NCBI GenBank assembly: GCA_949300365.1
Contig: CASGEC010000002.1
Coordinates: forward strand, 4,961-68,960
Reading direction: 5' to 3'
Source: an uncultured Bacillota bacterium
GTDB taxonomy: Bacteria > Bacillota_I > Bacilli_A > RFN20 > CAG-288
DNA: 64,000 nt
In this document: positions 16,270 through 26,556 of the stretch, one piece after another
How positions within the stretch are numbered: the first letter of the stretch is position 1
Layout of the letters: each line of letters starts with the position of its first letter
Notes under the pieces: model-generated
Databases searched by the model: none
The model's input: only the letters and a program-made list of their open reading frames with translations
Told to the model about the DNA's origin: nothing
Translations under genes and position numbers: made by a program

Positions 16270-16301
16270 AAGAGAGGAGGCCCCGGCCTTCTCTCTTTTT
16301 G
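16270..16301 (+). terminator. intrinsic terminator after the lipoprotein operon
   Basis: GAGAGGAGGCC..GGCCTTCTCTC inverted repeat followed by TTTTT. Confidence 0.6.
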
Positions 16302-16321
16302 TCAGAAAGGATAGTTCACAT

Positions 16322-16744
16322 ATGGAAAACAAAAAGGAAAGCTGTCTCTTCTGTCGCATTGCGCGCGGCGAGATTCCGAGCTACAAAGTCTACGAGGACA
16401 ATCTGACCATTGCCTTCCTGGACATCTCCCCGGCAAGCAGGGGACATACCTTGGTCGTTCCCAAGGAACACTTCAGCGATTTCACGACCTGCCCGAAGGA
16501 TATCCTCGACCATTGCTTCGAGGTTGCCCAGGTCGTCGCCCAGGCCCAGATCCGTCAACTGGGAGCGACGGGTGTCAACATCCTCTCCAACGTCGGTCAG
16601 AGCGCCGGACAGACCATCCGCCATTTCCACATCCACGTCATTCCGCGCTATGAGGATGATGGCCTCAAGCTCGCCTTCCCGCCCCACCGTCTCGAGGACA
16701 AGGAAATGCTTCTTCTCCAGGACTCCATCCGCAAGGGTGTCTAA
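16322..16744 (+). CDS. HIT-family nucleotide hydrolase
   Basis: Histidine triad HFHIHVIP. N-terminus CLFCRIARGEIPS. Confidence 0.88.
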   Translation: MENKKESCLFCRIARGEIPSYKVYEDNLTIAFLDISPASRGHTLVVPKEHFSDFTTCPKDILDHCFEVAQVVAQAQIRQLGATGVNILSNVGQSAGQTIRHFHIHVIPRYEDDGLKLAFPPHRLEDKEMLLLQDSIRKGV

Positions 16745-16765
16745 AGGTATCCGTTATCACATTTC

Positions 16766-16794
16766 TTGAAGGAAACGGACGAAAACAATACAAT
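16766..16794 (+). promoter_or_regulatory. promoter TTGAAG-17-TACAAT for the suf operon
   Basis: Hexamers at 16766-16771 and 16789-16794. AGGAGG lies before ATG 16819. Confidence 0.5.
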
Positions 16795-16818
16795 AGCCGT
16801 GCTGTTTTAGGAGGCCAT

Positions 16819-17631
16819 ATGGAAGAATTCACGATCCAGGACCTTTCGGCCGAAGCCGAAGGCAAAAGAATACTCAAGGGCGTCGACCTGACTATCCGGA
16901 AAGGGGACCTTGTCGCCCTTTTGGGACCAAACGGGCATGGAAAGAGCACGCTTCTGAACTGCCTTTTGGGCTCGCCCCACTACAAGGTGACTTCGGGAAA
17001 GGCCGTCCTTGACGGAGAGGACATTCTCTCCCTTTCGACGGACGAAAGAAGCAAGAAGGGCATCTTCATGGCCTTCCAGAATCCGCCCGACGTTCCCGGT
17101 GTCGTGACGATGGACTTTTTCAGGGGGATGATGAACGCCCACCTAGAGAAACCCATCTCCCTTTTCGAGTTCTACAAGAAGACGACTTCGGCCTATGAGG
17201 AGGTCGGCTTGGATTCGGAAATGGCAAGCCGGCATCTCAACGAAGGCTATTCCGGCGGCGAGAAGAAGAGAAACGAGATCCTGCAGATGCTTCTTCTTAA
17301 GCCCCAGCTTGCCCTCCTGGACGAGATCGACTCCGGCCTTGACGTCGATGCCCTGACCCTCATCGCCAATGCGATCGACAAGATGCGCAAGGAGGGGACG
17401 ACCTTCATCGTCATCTCCCATTACGACAGGCTTCTCGATCTCATCCATCCCAACAGGACCGCCGTCATGGTCGACGGAAAAATCGCCCTTGAGGGGGACT
17501 ATTCCCTGGCACAGAGGATTTCCAAGGAGGGCTATTCCTTCCTGGAAAGGGAGAAAGGCATCTCCATCCACAAGGAAGAGGAAGCAGTCCCCTCCCTGGG
17601 TGTCTGCGGCGCAAAGGTCGTCTCGAAATGA
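16819..17631 (+). CDS. sufC: Fe-S cluster assembly ATPase SufC
   Basis: Motifs GPNGHGKST, signature NEGYSGGEKKR and Walker B LALLDEIDSGLD. Confidence 0.92.
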   Translation: MEEFTIQDLSAEAEGKRILKGVDLTIRKGDLVALLGPNGHGKSTLLNCLLGSPHYKVTSGKAVLDGEDILSLSTDERSKKGIFMAFQNPPDVPGVVTMDFFRGMMNAHLEKPISLFEFYKKTTSAYEEVGLDSEMASRHLNEGYSGGEKKRNEILQMLLLKPQLALLDEIDSGLDVDALTLIANAIDKMRKEGTTFIVISHYDRLLDLIHPNRTAVMVDGKIALEGDYSLAQRISKEGYSFLEREKGISIHKEEEAVPSLGVCGAKVVSK

Positions 17632-18284
17632 TCACCCGAATCGATTCGGATCTCTCCCTCGTCAAGGAAGAAGGCGAGTATGGCATCCTTCTTTTGGACA
17701 ATTCGCTTGAGGAAGAAAGGGAAATCACTCTTCCAAGGGGCAAAGAACTTTTCCTCTCCCTTGTCGATCTTTCCGACAAGTCCTTCGGGAGCCATATCGT
17801 CTTCCACCTTGAGGAGAATGCCCGCCTTCACCTTGAGATCGCCAGCCTTCTTTCCAAGGGGCTAAGGAGGACCTATCGCATCGACGTTTATCACGAGGGA
17901 AGGAATTCCTTTTCCCGTGTCCGCTTCTTTGGTATCGACTTCTCTTCCCTTCCCTTCCGCTTCCTGGGTTCCTCCTATATCCCAAACGGGATCCATGGCT
18001 GTGACACAAGACAGGAGGGACGGATCACCAACCTCGAGAAGGATTGCCAAAGCGAGGTTTCCCCGGCGCTTTTCATCAAGGACAACGACGTCAAGGCAAG
18101 CCATGGTGCCGCCGTGGGAAGCTATGACGAGAATGTCCTCTACTATCTGATGTCAAGGGGCCTCTCCCTCAGCGAGAGCAAGAAGCTTGTCACCAACGGC
18201 TATCTTCTTCCCATCATCGATGCCCTCAAGGACGAAAAAACGATCGCCATCGCCAAGAAAAGGCTGGAGGAGCGCTCCCTATGA
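17628..18284 (+). CDS. sufD: SufD-like Fe-S assembly protein (short form, 218 aa)
   Basis: Position between sufC and sufS. C-terminal motif [22 protein letters not shown] parallels SufB. Confidence 0.7.
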   Translation: MITRIDSDLSLVKEEGEYGILLLDNSLEEEREITLPRGKELFLSLVDLSDKSFGSHIVFHLEENARLHLEIASLLSKGLRRTYRIDVYHEGRNSFSRVRFFGIDFSSLPFRFLGSSYIPNGIHGCDTRQEGRITNLEKDCQSEVSPALFIKDNDVKASHGAAVGSYDENVLYYLMSRGLSLSESKKLVTNGYLLPIIDALKDEKTIAIAKKRLEERSL

Positions 18285-19510
18285 GTCTTGATCCCCTTCT
18301 TCTCCGCAAGGACTTTCCGATGTATCGGAAGGATGGCCAATACAAAGGCCTTCCCTTGGTCTATCTTGACAATGCGGCGACGACCTTCAAGCCCGAATGC
18401 GTCCTCAAGGCGCAGGATTCCTATTACTTGGACTTCACGGCAAACGCCCACAGGGGCGACTATGCCCTTGCCCATGATGTCGATGTCGCCTATGAGGGAG
18501 CAAGAAAGACCATCGCCCGGTTTTTGAATGCCAAGGAGGACGAAATCGTCTTCACATCCGGCGATACGATGGGCCTCAACATGGTCGCCTATGGCCTTCT
18601 TCCTCTCCTGAAACCGGGAGACGAGATCCTGCTTTCCTTGGAGGAACATGCCTCCAACGTCCTTCCCTGGTTTGAGGTCAGTAGGATGTCTGGTGCCATT
18701 ATCAAATACATTCCCCTTGAAAACGGACGGATCACGGAGAAGGCCCTCAAGAGCGTCCTTACGAACAAGACCAAGGTTGTATCCCTGGCAACGGTCTCGA
18801 ATGTCTTGGGATATGTCCTCGATACCAAAAGGCTCTGTGCCCTTGCCCATTCCGTCGGAGCCATCTATGTCGAGGACGGGGCGCAGTCCGTGCCGCACAT
18901 GAAGACGGATGTTCAGGAGAGCGATGTCGACTTCCTTGTCTTCTCGGGTCACAAGATGTGCGGTCCCTTGGGAATCGGTGTCCTCTATGGCAAGAGGGAA
19001 AGGCTTTCTTCCCTGCATCCGCTTTTCTACGGCGGAGAGATGAACGCCCGCTTCGACAAGGAGGGAAAGCTCTCCTTGTCCGACGTCCCCTGGCGCTTTG
19101 AGGCCGGGACACAGAACATCGCCGGCGCTATCGGCCTTGCCAAGGCCTGTGAATATCTTCAGGATATCGGCTTTGACAAGATCGTCGAACACGAAAGAAA
19201 GCTGCGCAAGAGAGCCGTCCAAGGGCTTCTTGGAAACGGCAACTGCGTTGTCTACAATCCCGATGCCGAGTCGGGTATCGTCACCTTCAACGTCAAAAAC
19301 GTCTTCGCCCAGGATGCCGCAGGCTATCTTGGAAGCAAGGGGGTCTTCGTCCGTTCGGGACAGCACTGCGCCAAGCTTCTTCCCGAGGTGCTTTCCTGCC
19401 AGGCGACGATCCGGGCCTCGATCTATCTTTACAACACCACGGACGATGTCGATGCCCTTATTGAGCACAGCAAACATGCGGAGGATTTTCTCGATGTCTT
19501 TTTCGCTTGA
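18281..19510 (+). CDS. sufS: cysteine desulfurase SufS
   Basis: Class V aminotransferase with PLP lysine motif FSGHKMCGP and RSGQHCA. Confidence 0.92.
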   Translation: MSLDPLLLRKDFPMYRKDGQYKGLPLVYLDNAATTFKPECVLKAQDSYYLDFTANAHRGDYALAHDVDVAYEGARKTIARFLNAKEDEIVFTSGDTMGLNMVAYGLLPLLKPGDEILLSLEEHASNVLPWFEVSRMSGAIIKYIPLENGRITEKALKSVLTNKTKVVSLATVSNVLGYVLDTKRLCALAHSVGAIYVEDGAQSVPHMKTDVQESDVDFLVFSGHKMCGPLGIGVLYGKRERLSSLHPLFYGGEMNARFDKEGKLSLSDVPWRFEAGTQNIAGAIGLAKACEYLQDIGFDKIVEHERKLRKRAVQGLLGNGNCVVYNPDAESGIVTFNVKNVFAQDAAGYLGSKGVFVRSGQHCAKLLPEVLSCQATIRASIYLYNTTDDVDALIEHSKHAEDFLDVFFA

Positions 19511-19940
19511 CGATCCGATGATCCTGAGGGAGATCATCCTCGACCATTACAAGAACCCTCGAAACTTCGCCACGATCTCTGATCCGCGCTATCGCACGGT
19601 CCATATGGATTCGGCTTCCTGCATCGACGACATCTATATCCACGTCCTTGTGGAGAACGGCATCATCAAGGACTGCAAATGGCATGGGACAGGCTGTGCC
19701 ATCTCGACGGCCTCGACGAGCATTCTGACCGAGCTGATGACGGGAAAGAGCGAAGAAGAGGCCTATCGTCTGATGGAAGACTTCCACCATATGCTCATGG
19801 GCGAGAAATACGAAAAGGATGAGCTTGGCGAGGCGATCGCCTTCATCAACGTCAATAGGCAGCCTAGCCGCATCACCTGTGCCGATATCGGCTGGCGGGG
19901 TCTGAAGAAAGCCCTGGACGAGGACAAGAAAAATGACTGA
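19494..19940 (+). CDS. sufU: Fe-S scaffold/sulfur acceptor SufU
   Basis: Motifs [18 protein letters not shown]-like (SASCIDD) and GTGCAIS. Start chosen by N-terminal resemblance to SufU. Confidence 0.85.
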   Translation: MSFSLDDPMILREIILDHYKNPRNFATISDPRYRTVHMDSASCIDDIYIHVLVENGIIKDCKWHGTGCAISTASTSILTELMTGKSEEEAYRLMEDFHHMLMGEKYEKDELGEAIAFINVNRQPSRITCADIGWRGLKKALDEDKKND

Positions 19941-21345
19941 CAAGGACGAGAAGGTCCTCCTTGACGAGGACGAGCGGAAGAAATACGAGTTCCGCGACGA
20001 GGACGTGTCGATCTTCAAGACAAGACGCGGTCTGGACGAGGATATCGTGCGCCAGATCAGCGCCATCAAGAAGGAGCCCTCTTTCATGCTGGACTTCCGT
20101 CTCAAGGCGCTGAAGGAATTCTTCTCGCACCATCAGCCCTCCTTTGGACCAAGCCTCGACTTCATCGACTTCCAGGACTACACCTACTACACCAAGGTGA
20201 GTCAGGGAATCGCCGACAAATGGGAGGAAGTCCCCTCGACCGTCAAGAACACCTTCGACAAGCTCGGCATCCCGGAGGCGGAGCAGAAGTTCCTCAGCGG
20301 CGTCACGACCCAGTACGAAAGCGAGGCCGTCTATTCCAACATGCTCCAGGAAGTCTCCGCAAAGGGTGTCCTGTTCCTCGATACGGACACGGGCCTGAGG
20401 GAGCATCCGGAGATCTTCAGGAAGTACTTCGGAAAGCTCGTTCCTCCGACGGACAACAAGTATGCCGCCCTCAATTCCGCGGTCTGGTCGGGCGGAAGCT
20501 TTATCTATGTCCCCAAGGGCGTCCAGCTCGAGAAGCCTCTGCAGTCCTACTTCCGCATCAACAACAAGCGCTCCGGCCAGTTCGAAAGGACGCTCATCAT
20601 CTGCGACGACGACTCCAGCCTCAACTACGTGGAAGGCTGCACGGCCCCGATGTATTCCAAGGAGTCCTTGCATGCCGCCATCGTCGAGATCTTCGTCGGA
20701 AAGCGGGCCAAGATGCGCTACACGACCATCCAGAACTGGTCTTCCTCCATCCTCAACCTCGTCACCCAGAGAGCCCTTGTCGACGAGGACGGCTTGATGG
20801 AATGGATCGATGGCAACATCGGCTCCAAGCTCTGCATGAAGTATCCCTGCTGCATTCTCCGCGGGGACAGGGCAAGGGGATCGACCATTTCCGTTGCCGT
20901 GGCAAGCCATGGCCAATTCCAGGATACCGGAGCGAAGATGATCCATATCGGAAAGGATACTTCCTCGAATATCATCTCCAAGTCCATCTCACGAAATGGC
21001 GGCACTTCCAATTTCCGTGGACAGATCCATATCGCCAAGAGCGCCATCGGTTCGAAGGCCCACGAGGAATGCGACACGCTCATTTTGGATGACCACTCCT
21101 ATTCCGACACCATCCCCAACAACACCGTCGACAATGCCGAAAGCTATCTCGAGCACGAGGCCAGCGTCAGCAAGATCAACGAGGACCAGCTCTACTACCT
21201 CATGTCCCGCGGTCTTTCCAAGGAGGACGCGACGCAGATGATCGTCATGGGATTCTTGGAACCCTTCAGCAAGGAACTCCCAATGGAATACGCCGTCGAG
21301 CTCAACCAGCTCATCAAGTTCGACATGTCGGGGTCTATCGGCTGA
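19933..21345 (+). CDS. sufB: Fe-S cluster assembly protein SufB
   Basis: 470 aa with SufB C-terminal motifs ([21 protein letters not shown]). Confidence 0.93.
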   Translation: MTDKDEKVLLDEDERKKYEFRDEDVSIFKTRRGLDEDIVRQISAIKKEPSFMLDFRLKALKEFFSHHQPSFGPSLDFIDFQDYTYYTKVSQGIADKWEEVPSTVKNTFDKLGIPEAEQKFLSGVTTQYESEAVYSNMLQEVSAKGVLFLDTDTGLREHPEIFRKYFGKLVPPTDNKYAALNSAVWSGGSFIYVPKGVQLEKPLQSYFRINNKRSGQFERTLIICDDDSSLNYVEGCTAPMYSKESLHAAIVEIFVGKRAKMRYTTIQNWSSSILNLVTQRALVDEDGLMEWIDGNIGSKLCMKYPCCILRGDRARGSTISVAVASHGQFQDTGAKMIHIGKDTSSNIISKSISRNGGTSNFRGQIHIAKSAIGSKAHEECDTLILDDHSYSDTIPNNTVDNAESYLEHEASVSKINEDQLYYLMSRGLSKEDATQMIVMGFLEPFSKELPMEYAVELNQLIKFDMSGSIG

Positions 21346-23240
21346 TGAAAATCCTCTCTCCGAAGCCTGTCTATGATGTCATCGTCGTCGGCGGTGGCCA
21401 TGCCGGCGTCGAGGCAAGCCATGCCGCAAGCCAGATGGGCATGTCGACCCTTTTGCTGTGCCTGAATTTCAGGATGGTCGCCAACATGCCCTGCAACCCC
21501 TCTATCGGCGGCTCGGCCAAGGGAATCGTCGTCCGGGAAATCGACGCGCTCGGCGGGATCATGGGAAAGCTTGCCGACAAGAGGGGAAGCCTTCTTCAGA
21601 TGAAGGTCCTCAATACCTCCAAGGGACCGGGTGTCCGTTGTCTAAGGGCCCAGGAGGACAAGAGAGGGTATCCCAGGAATGTCCAGGAATATCTTTCCAA
21701 TGTCCCGAATCTCGACATCCTTGAGAGCGAGTGCAAGAGGATCCTGGTCGAGGACGGCATCGTCAAGGGCGTTGTCCTTGAGGACGGACGGAAGGTCTTT
21801 TCCAAGGCCGTCATCCTGGCAACCGGCACGCACATGGAAGCCCATATCCTTCGCGGCCATGCCATCAAGGAAGAAGGGCCCGATGGCGAAAGGCCAAGCC
21901 ATGGGCTGAGCGCCTCCCTTATGGAAAACGGCCTTCGCCTTCTGAGGCTGAAGACAGGTACGCCGCCGAGACTGGATCCTTCCTCCATCGACTTTTCGAA
22001 GATGGAAGTCGAATACGGAACCCCGGGCAAGCACGCCTTTTCCTATGACACGATGGACTTCCTTCCCTTGGAGGAGATGATCGTCTGCCATCTCTGCTAC
22101 ACCAATTCTAGGACACATGAAATCATCCGGGAGCACCTTTCCGATTCGGCCATGTATGGGGGCATCGTCAAGGGCGTCGGCCCGCGTTACTGTCCCTCGA
22201 TCGAGGACAAGATCGTCCGCTTCAAGGACAAGGAAAGACATCAGCTCTTCCTCGAGCCGGAAAGCCTGGCGTTTTCCTCCATCTACCTTCAGGGCTTCTC
22301 GACCTCGATGCCGGAAGACATCCAGGAGGAGATGGTCCATTCCCTTGTCGGTCTAGAGAAGGCGAAGTTCCTCAAGTATGCCTATGCCATCGAATACGAT
22401 GCGATCGATCCTCTGCAGCTTGATCACACCTTGATGGTCCGCTCTCTTCCGGGCCTTTATGTCTGTGGGCAGATAGCCTGCACTTCCGGATACGAGGAAG
22501 CCGCCGCCCTGGGCCTTTTGGCCGGCATCAACGCCTCCCTGAGGATTAAGAATAAGGAACCCCTCATCCTGAAAAGGGAGGAAGCCTATATCGGCATCAT
22601 GATCGATGACCTTGTCACCAAGGGAACGAAGGAACCCTATCGGCTCTTGAGTTCCCGAAGCGAGTTCCGGCTTCTGACAAGAAGCGACAATGCCGATGAG
22701 AGGCTATTGGACTACGGCCATGCCGTCGGCCTTGTTTCCGATGAACGGTATGAACGCCTTTTTGGAAGGATCCAGAAGATAAAGGAAACGGACCTTCTTC
22801 TCTCCCAGAGGCATGTCGGGAAGAACGAAAGCCTTCAGGAATACCTTCTCGGACTCGGCTTCCCCCGTGCCAACGGAAGCGAGAGCCTTCGCGACGTCCT
22901 GAAAAGGCAGAAGGTCCTCTACGCCGGTCTCAGAAAGGCCGTCACGGATCTTCCGGAGCTTTCCGAGGAAGAGGAATACAAGCTTGAGACGGACGTCAAA
23001 TACGAAGGCTATATCCGGGCGCAGATGAAAGCTTCCAAGCAGAGGAAGGAGATGGAAAGCCTTGTCCTTCCCGAGGATATCGACTATCTCCACATGGATG
23101 GCCTCTCTTTGGAAAGCCGGGAAAAACTCAATCAGCTCCGTCCGAAAACGCTCGGGGAAGCAAGCCGCATCCAGAATGTCCACCCTTCCGATATCGATGT
23201 CCTTTCCTTCTATGTCCGGCACAAGGATATCAACGGATGA
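21345..23240 (+). CDS. mnmG: tRNA uridine-5-carboxymethylaminomethyl modification enzyme MnmG (GidA)
   Basis: FAD motif YDVIVVGGGHAGVEA, plus TGTPPR and RYCPSIE. Confidence 0.95.
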   Translation: MKILSPKPVYDVIVVGGGHAGVEASHAASQMGMSTLLLCLNFRMVANMPCNPSIGGSAKGIVVREIDALGGIMGKLADKRGSLLQMKVLNTSKGPGVRCLRAQEDKRGYPRNVQEYLSNVPNLDILESECKRILVEDGIVKGVVLEDGRKVFSKAVILATGTHMEAHILRGHAIKEEGPDGERPSHGLSASLMENGLRLLRLKTGTPPRLDPSSIDFSKMEVEYGTPGKHAFSYDTMDFLPLEEMIVCHLCYTNSRTHEIIREHLSDSAMYGGIVKGVGPRYCPSIEDKIVRFKDKERHQLFLEPESLAFSSIYLQGFSTSMPEDIQEEMVHSLVGLEKAKFLKYAYAIEYDAIDPLQLDHTLMVRSLPGLYVCGQIACTSGYEEAAALGLLAGINASLRIKNKEPLILKREEAYIGIMIDDLVTKGTKEPYRLLSSRSEFRLLTRSDNADERLLDYGHAVGLVSDERYERLFGRIQKIKETDLLLSQRHVGKNESLQEYLLGLGFPRANGSESLRDVLKRQKVLYAGLRKAVTDLPELSEEEEYKLETDVKYEGYIRAQMKASKQRKEMESLVLPEDIDYLHMDGLSLESREKLNQLRPKTLGEASRIQNVHPSDIDVLSFYVRHKDING

Positions 23241-23730
23241 CGCCATAGAGGGAATAAACAACGTAGGGAGAGCCTTCTATCTGGAGGATGTCGTTATGGA
23301 AGCCGAGCTTCGTCAAGAGGCGTCGGCTTTTTTGGTTGTCCTTGTCGACGATGGCTTCGACATTGATTTCCGGAAAGTCCCTGTCCAGCCTGGAAAGGAG
23401 GGAGGAGAGGATCTCATAGGCATAGCCTCTTCCCTGGCCTTCCTTGCGGATGAAATAGCCTAGGAGAAAGGAATCCGTCTTCTTTTCCAAGGAGATTTCC
23501 CCCATCAGCTTGTCACTTTTAAGGAGGCTTACGGCATAGTGGTAGCTTCCGCTATCCAATGGGGTCCTGTCCTTGGAATTGGCGATGAGGTAATGGATGT
23601 CTTCCCTTTTCGTCTTTCCCCAGTGCATGTAGTGCCTTATGGATTCTTCCTGGTAGAGGTGGAAAAGCTCGTCTTCCTCACTGTCGAGGAAGTTTCGCAG
23701 GCGAAGTCTTTTCGTCGTCAGGATTTCCAT
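23230..23730 (-). CDS. GNAT N-acetyltransferase (RimJ/RimL-like)
   Basis: TKRLRLR N-terminus and the GxG acetyl-CoA loop QGRGYA. ATG 23730 shares one base with the upstream gene's TGA (TGATG). Confidence 0.75.
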   Translation of the reverse strand: MEILTTKRLRLRNFLDSEEDELFHLYQEESIRHYMHWGKTKREDIHYLIANSKDRTPLDSGSYHYAVSLLKSDKLMGEISLEKKTDSFLLGYFIRKEGQGRGYAYEILSSLLSRLDRDFPEINVEAIVDKDNQKSRRLLTKLGFHNDILQIEGSPYVVYSLYGVIR

Positions 23731-25676
23731 CAGTCCTCGATCTTTTCCGCGGAGAGGTAGGTATTGTCCAAGGGGGCGATGAGCCTGGCGTTGACGTAGC
23801 ATTGCTTGAGGGTGAGGATCGTCTGTCCCTGGTAGTTTCCGCTGGGTGTCTTCTCGATGAGGAGGACGGCCTCGACCTTGTCCTTGTTCGTTCCGAAGGT
23901 GAGCGGGACCATGAAGGAGAGGACGTTCCTTGTCGGGAAGAAGGAAGGAAGGAACTTCCGGTAGTCGTCATGGAGCATGGCAACGCCCTTGTCGATGCTA
24001 TTTTCAAGCGCGGCCCTTAGGAGGCTATAGAGGAAGTCGTTCTTCTCGATCTTCTCCTTGAGGGAAGCATAGAGGCGGTCGATGCGGAAGTCGTTCTTCT
24101 CCTTCTCGATCATGTCGACGATCTTCTTGCACTCGGGGAAGGAAGTCGTGACGTTGCTGAGGAAGGAAAGCGGGATCCTGTCGACGTTGTCCAGAAGGAT
24201 ATGGTGGAAGTCCGTGTGGATCTGCATGTCCTTCTCCGGGAAGAGCTCGGCGGGATTGTCCACATAGGTCGCCTTTTCGGGAAGGGGCGAGAAATGCTCG
24301 ACGATGACCTTGCCGATGCCTTGGCTTCCGGCGACGGTAAAGCCCTGGAAGAGATAGTCTTCCTTGATCGCTTCCGACTGGTTGACGATCATGACGCCAT
24401 AGATGGAATCGTATTCCGGGGTGACAAGGCCGGTGTTGAAGCTGACAAAGCCGGAGCTCTTGTCGACCAGGATCTTCCCCTGGCTATAGAGACGATAGAA
24501 GGTGTACTGGAGATAGATCTTGAGGATGATGTCCTTGTCGCGGCTATTGTGGTAGCACCAGCTCTCCTTTCTGGCAAGACGGGCAAGGGAGGCGATGCTT
24601 TCCTCATAGTCATCGAAATGGACCATCATACGGAGGTAGTCCTTGGGCTTTTCCTTGTCCTCGCCGACGAAGCTCAGATAATAGGCATACTTCATCTTGG
24701 CATCGGACTTGCGGATGGCACCGATGAGGCCGCTTCCGTTGCGGTTGAGGAAGGAGAGGGGGAAGACATGGCCTTCTGGCCTTCTTTCCGTCGCATGGTC
24801 GGAGACGGCTTTCCGATAGTCGTCATGGAGAAGCTTGACGATGGAGTCATTGTCCAAACCCAGGGAAGCCATTTCCTTGATGGAGAAGAGAAGCTTGTCC
24901 GGGACATAGAAATCGGCTTCCTGACCGATGGCATCCGCTCCCTTTGTAGGAGTGGGGCCTTCCTTCTTCGTCTCCTCCTTTTTGGAAGTGACTTTCTTTT
25001 GCGTAATGGGGATGCCTTTTTCTTTCTTTTGGATAACGGGCCTATCTTCCGTCTTTTCCACAAAGGCCGGAAGGATCTTCACCCAGGGCTGGCTAACGCC
25101 CTTCATGTCCACGTTGCGGATTTGGAAGTAGTCCTTGAGCAGGGCGAAGACCGACTTCATTTTCGCATAGCCGAGCTTGTGACAGCTGATGTTCTTGTCC
25201 GCAAGGCTCTTGGAGAGGGTGGCAAGGGGATATTCCTCCCCGACCTTGTAGTTGGCCTGTCTCAGGATCGGAAGGATGGTCTTTCCAAGTTCGCTTTTGT
25301 CGGCCTTGGGAAGAGGGGAAGGAGCGTTCTTCTTTTCTTCCGCTTTTTTCTGGGGAAGCGGCTTTGTCTTTTCGGGATGGCTCTTTCCCATCCTCTTGTT
25401 CTTTTTTGCCTTGACGGGAAGGGGCAAATCCTTCAGGACGTAGTCATGCAAATAGGTTTGACTCTCGTCCGTGCTCTTGCTCTGGGGATTTCCGATCGTC
25501 AGGAATTCCTTGAGGTCCTTAAGCAGGGCCAGACCGTTTTTATAACCGAATTCCTGATAGCTGAGGCCGTTATCCTCGAGGAAGGAGAGGGTTTCCTTCG
25601 TCGGTATCGGCTTGTTCTTCGGAAAGTTCCCACAGAGCAGACCATAGATGTCGAGCTTGTTCTGTTTGGTCAGCAT
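23730..25676 (-). CDS. 648-aa protein: two OST-HTH/LOTUS-like modules, Lys-rich linkers and a DUF3825-like C-terminal domain
   Basis: Two repeats of the pattern ..(F/L)GYK(N/M)..ALLKD(L/Y).. at residues ~40-60 and ~165-190. The C-terminal 350 aa resemble DUF3825 as I remember it. Not verified. Confidence 0.5.
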   Translation of the reverse strand: MLTKQNKLDIYGLLCGNFPKNKPIPTKETLSFLEDNGLSYQEFGYKNGLALLKDLKEFLTIGNPQSKSTDESQTYLHDYVLKDLPLPVKAKKNKRMGKSHPEKTKPLPQKKAEEKKNAPSPLPKADKSELGKTILPILRQANYKVGEEYPLATLSKSLADKNISCHKLGYAKMKSVFALLKDYFQIRNVDMKGVSQPWVKILPAFVEKTEDRPVIQKKEKGIPITQKKVTSKKEETKKEGPTPTKGADAIGQEADFYVPDKLLFSIKEMASLGLDNDSIVKLLHDDYRKAVSDHATERRPEGHVFPLSFLNRNGSGLIGAIRKSDAKMKYAYYLSFVGEDKEKPKDYLRMMVHFDDYEESIASLARLARKESWCYHNSRDKDIILKIYLQYTFYRLYSQGKILVDKSSGFVSFNTGLVTPEYDSIYGVMIVNQSEAIKEDYLFQGFTVAGSQGIGKVIVEHFSPLPEKATYVDNPAELFPEKDMQIHTDFHHILLDNVDRIPLSFLSNVTTSFPECKKIVDMIEKEKNDFRIDRLYASLKEKIEKNDFLYSLLRAALENSIDKGVAMLHDDYRKFLPSFFPTRNVLSFMVPLTFGTNKDKVEAVLLIEKTPSGNYQGQTILTLKQCYVNARLIAPLDNTYLSAEKIED

Positions 25677-25897
25677 TGTGTTTTTCCTTTTCTTGTTGCC
25701 TTGGCAACCATGTTATTATACGGCATCCTATGACAATTTGCACGGAGGGTGAACTCATCGCGGGACAGATTATGGTTTTGAGGAGACTGCGCAAGGGAAA
25801 AGTGATTCTTTTGGCTACCTTTCCTGAAACGAAAAAAGGCCCACAAGGAGATTCAAGACCCTATGAGCCATGTCTCGGCTTTTGGAATCCTTGGAAG

Positions 25898-26485
25898 CTA
25901 CTCGGCCAGGAAGACGATGTGGACGTGGCTTGTGACGGTGCTTTCGTGCCCGGCTTCCATAGCGGCCCTATTGGCCCTAAGGAGGACGGGACCTTGGGGA
26001 TAGTCCTCCGTTGCGACTTCCTCGACGGAGACGACCTTCATGCCGAGAGACTGGGCGATGGTACTTGCCATTTCCCTTGCCTTCTGGATAGCCATGTCGA
26101 GAGCGATCTTCTTTCCCTCGTCGGGGTCCTTGAGGACATAGGTGTGCCGGAAGGATATCTTTCCATGCAGGCCCTCAAGGCTTTGCTCGATAGCCTTTTC
26201 CTTTCCGATTTCGGCCTGGACGCGATAGGAGAGGTCATAGGAATAGCCTTTTCTCTGTCTCTTTCCGTCTTTGATCTCATAGGCCTCGTCGACGCGGTCG
26301 TTTTCCATGACGACCTGCTCCGGGGAGAGAAGGGAAAGGTTCGTGACGACTTTCCTGTTGTCCGCCTCCTTGGCCTTTAGACAGCTTTCCTCGTCCTTCT
26401 CAAGGCCGTGGATGGAAAGCCTGGTGAGCAGGACATCGCTTTCCAAGGGAAGTCGGACCTGCTTGTCGATCTGGATCTTTGTCAT
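25898..26485 (-). CDS. SIMPL-domain (DUF541) protein
   Basis: Start set at ATG 26485 (MTKIQIDKQ), 6 nt after GGAGGA. Overall SIMPL-like pattern, with no signal peptide seen. Confidence 0.5.
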   Translation of the reverse strand: MTKIQIDKQVRLPLESDVLLTRLSIHGLEKDEESCLKAKEADNRKVVTNLSLLSPEQVVMENDRVDEAYEIKDGKRQRKGYSYDLSYRVQAEIGKEKAIEQSLEGLHGKISFRHTYVLKDPDEGKKIALDMAIQKAREMASTIAQSLGMKVVSVEEVATEDYPQGPVLLRANRAAMEAGHESTVTSHVHIVFLAE

Positions 26486-26556
26486 GTCTTTTCCTCCAAG
26501 GAGATTATAGGACGAAAAGCCCGATTTTTGATAGAATCTTCCCTGAGGTGTGCACA

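Noticed and set aside
25677-25897. 220-nt gap between the DUF3825-like gene and the SIMPL gene, considered as an ncRNA locus.
   Set aside because: It holds only a TATAAT box, a short GTTGCC/GGCAAC hairpin in the 5' UTR and an ill-defined terminator region. Nothing goes beyond ordinary promoter and terminator signals.
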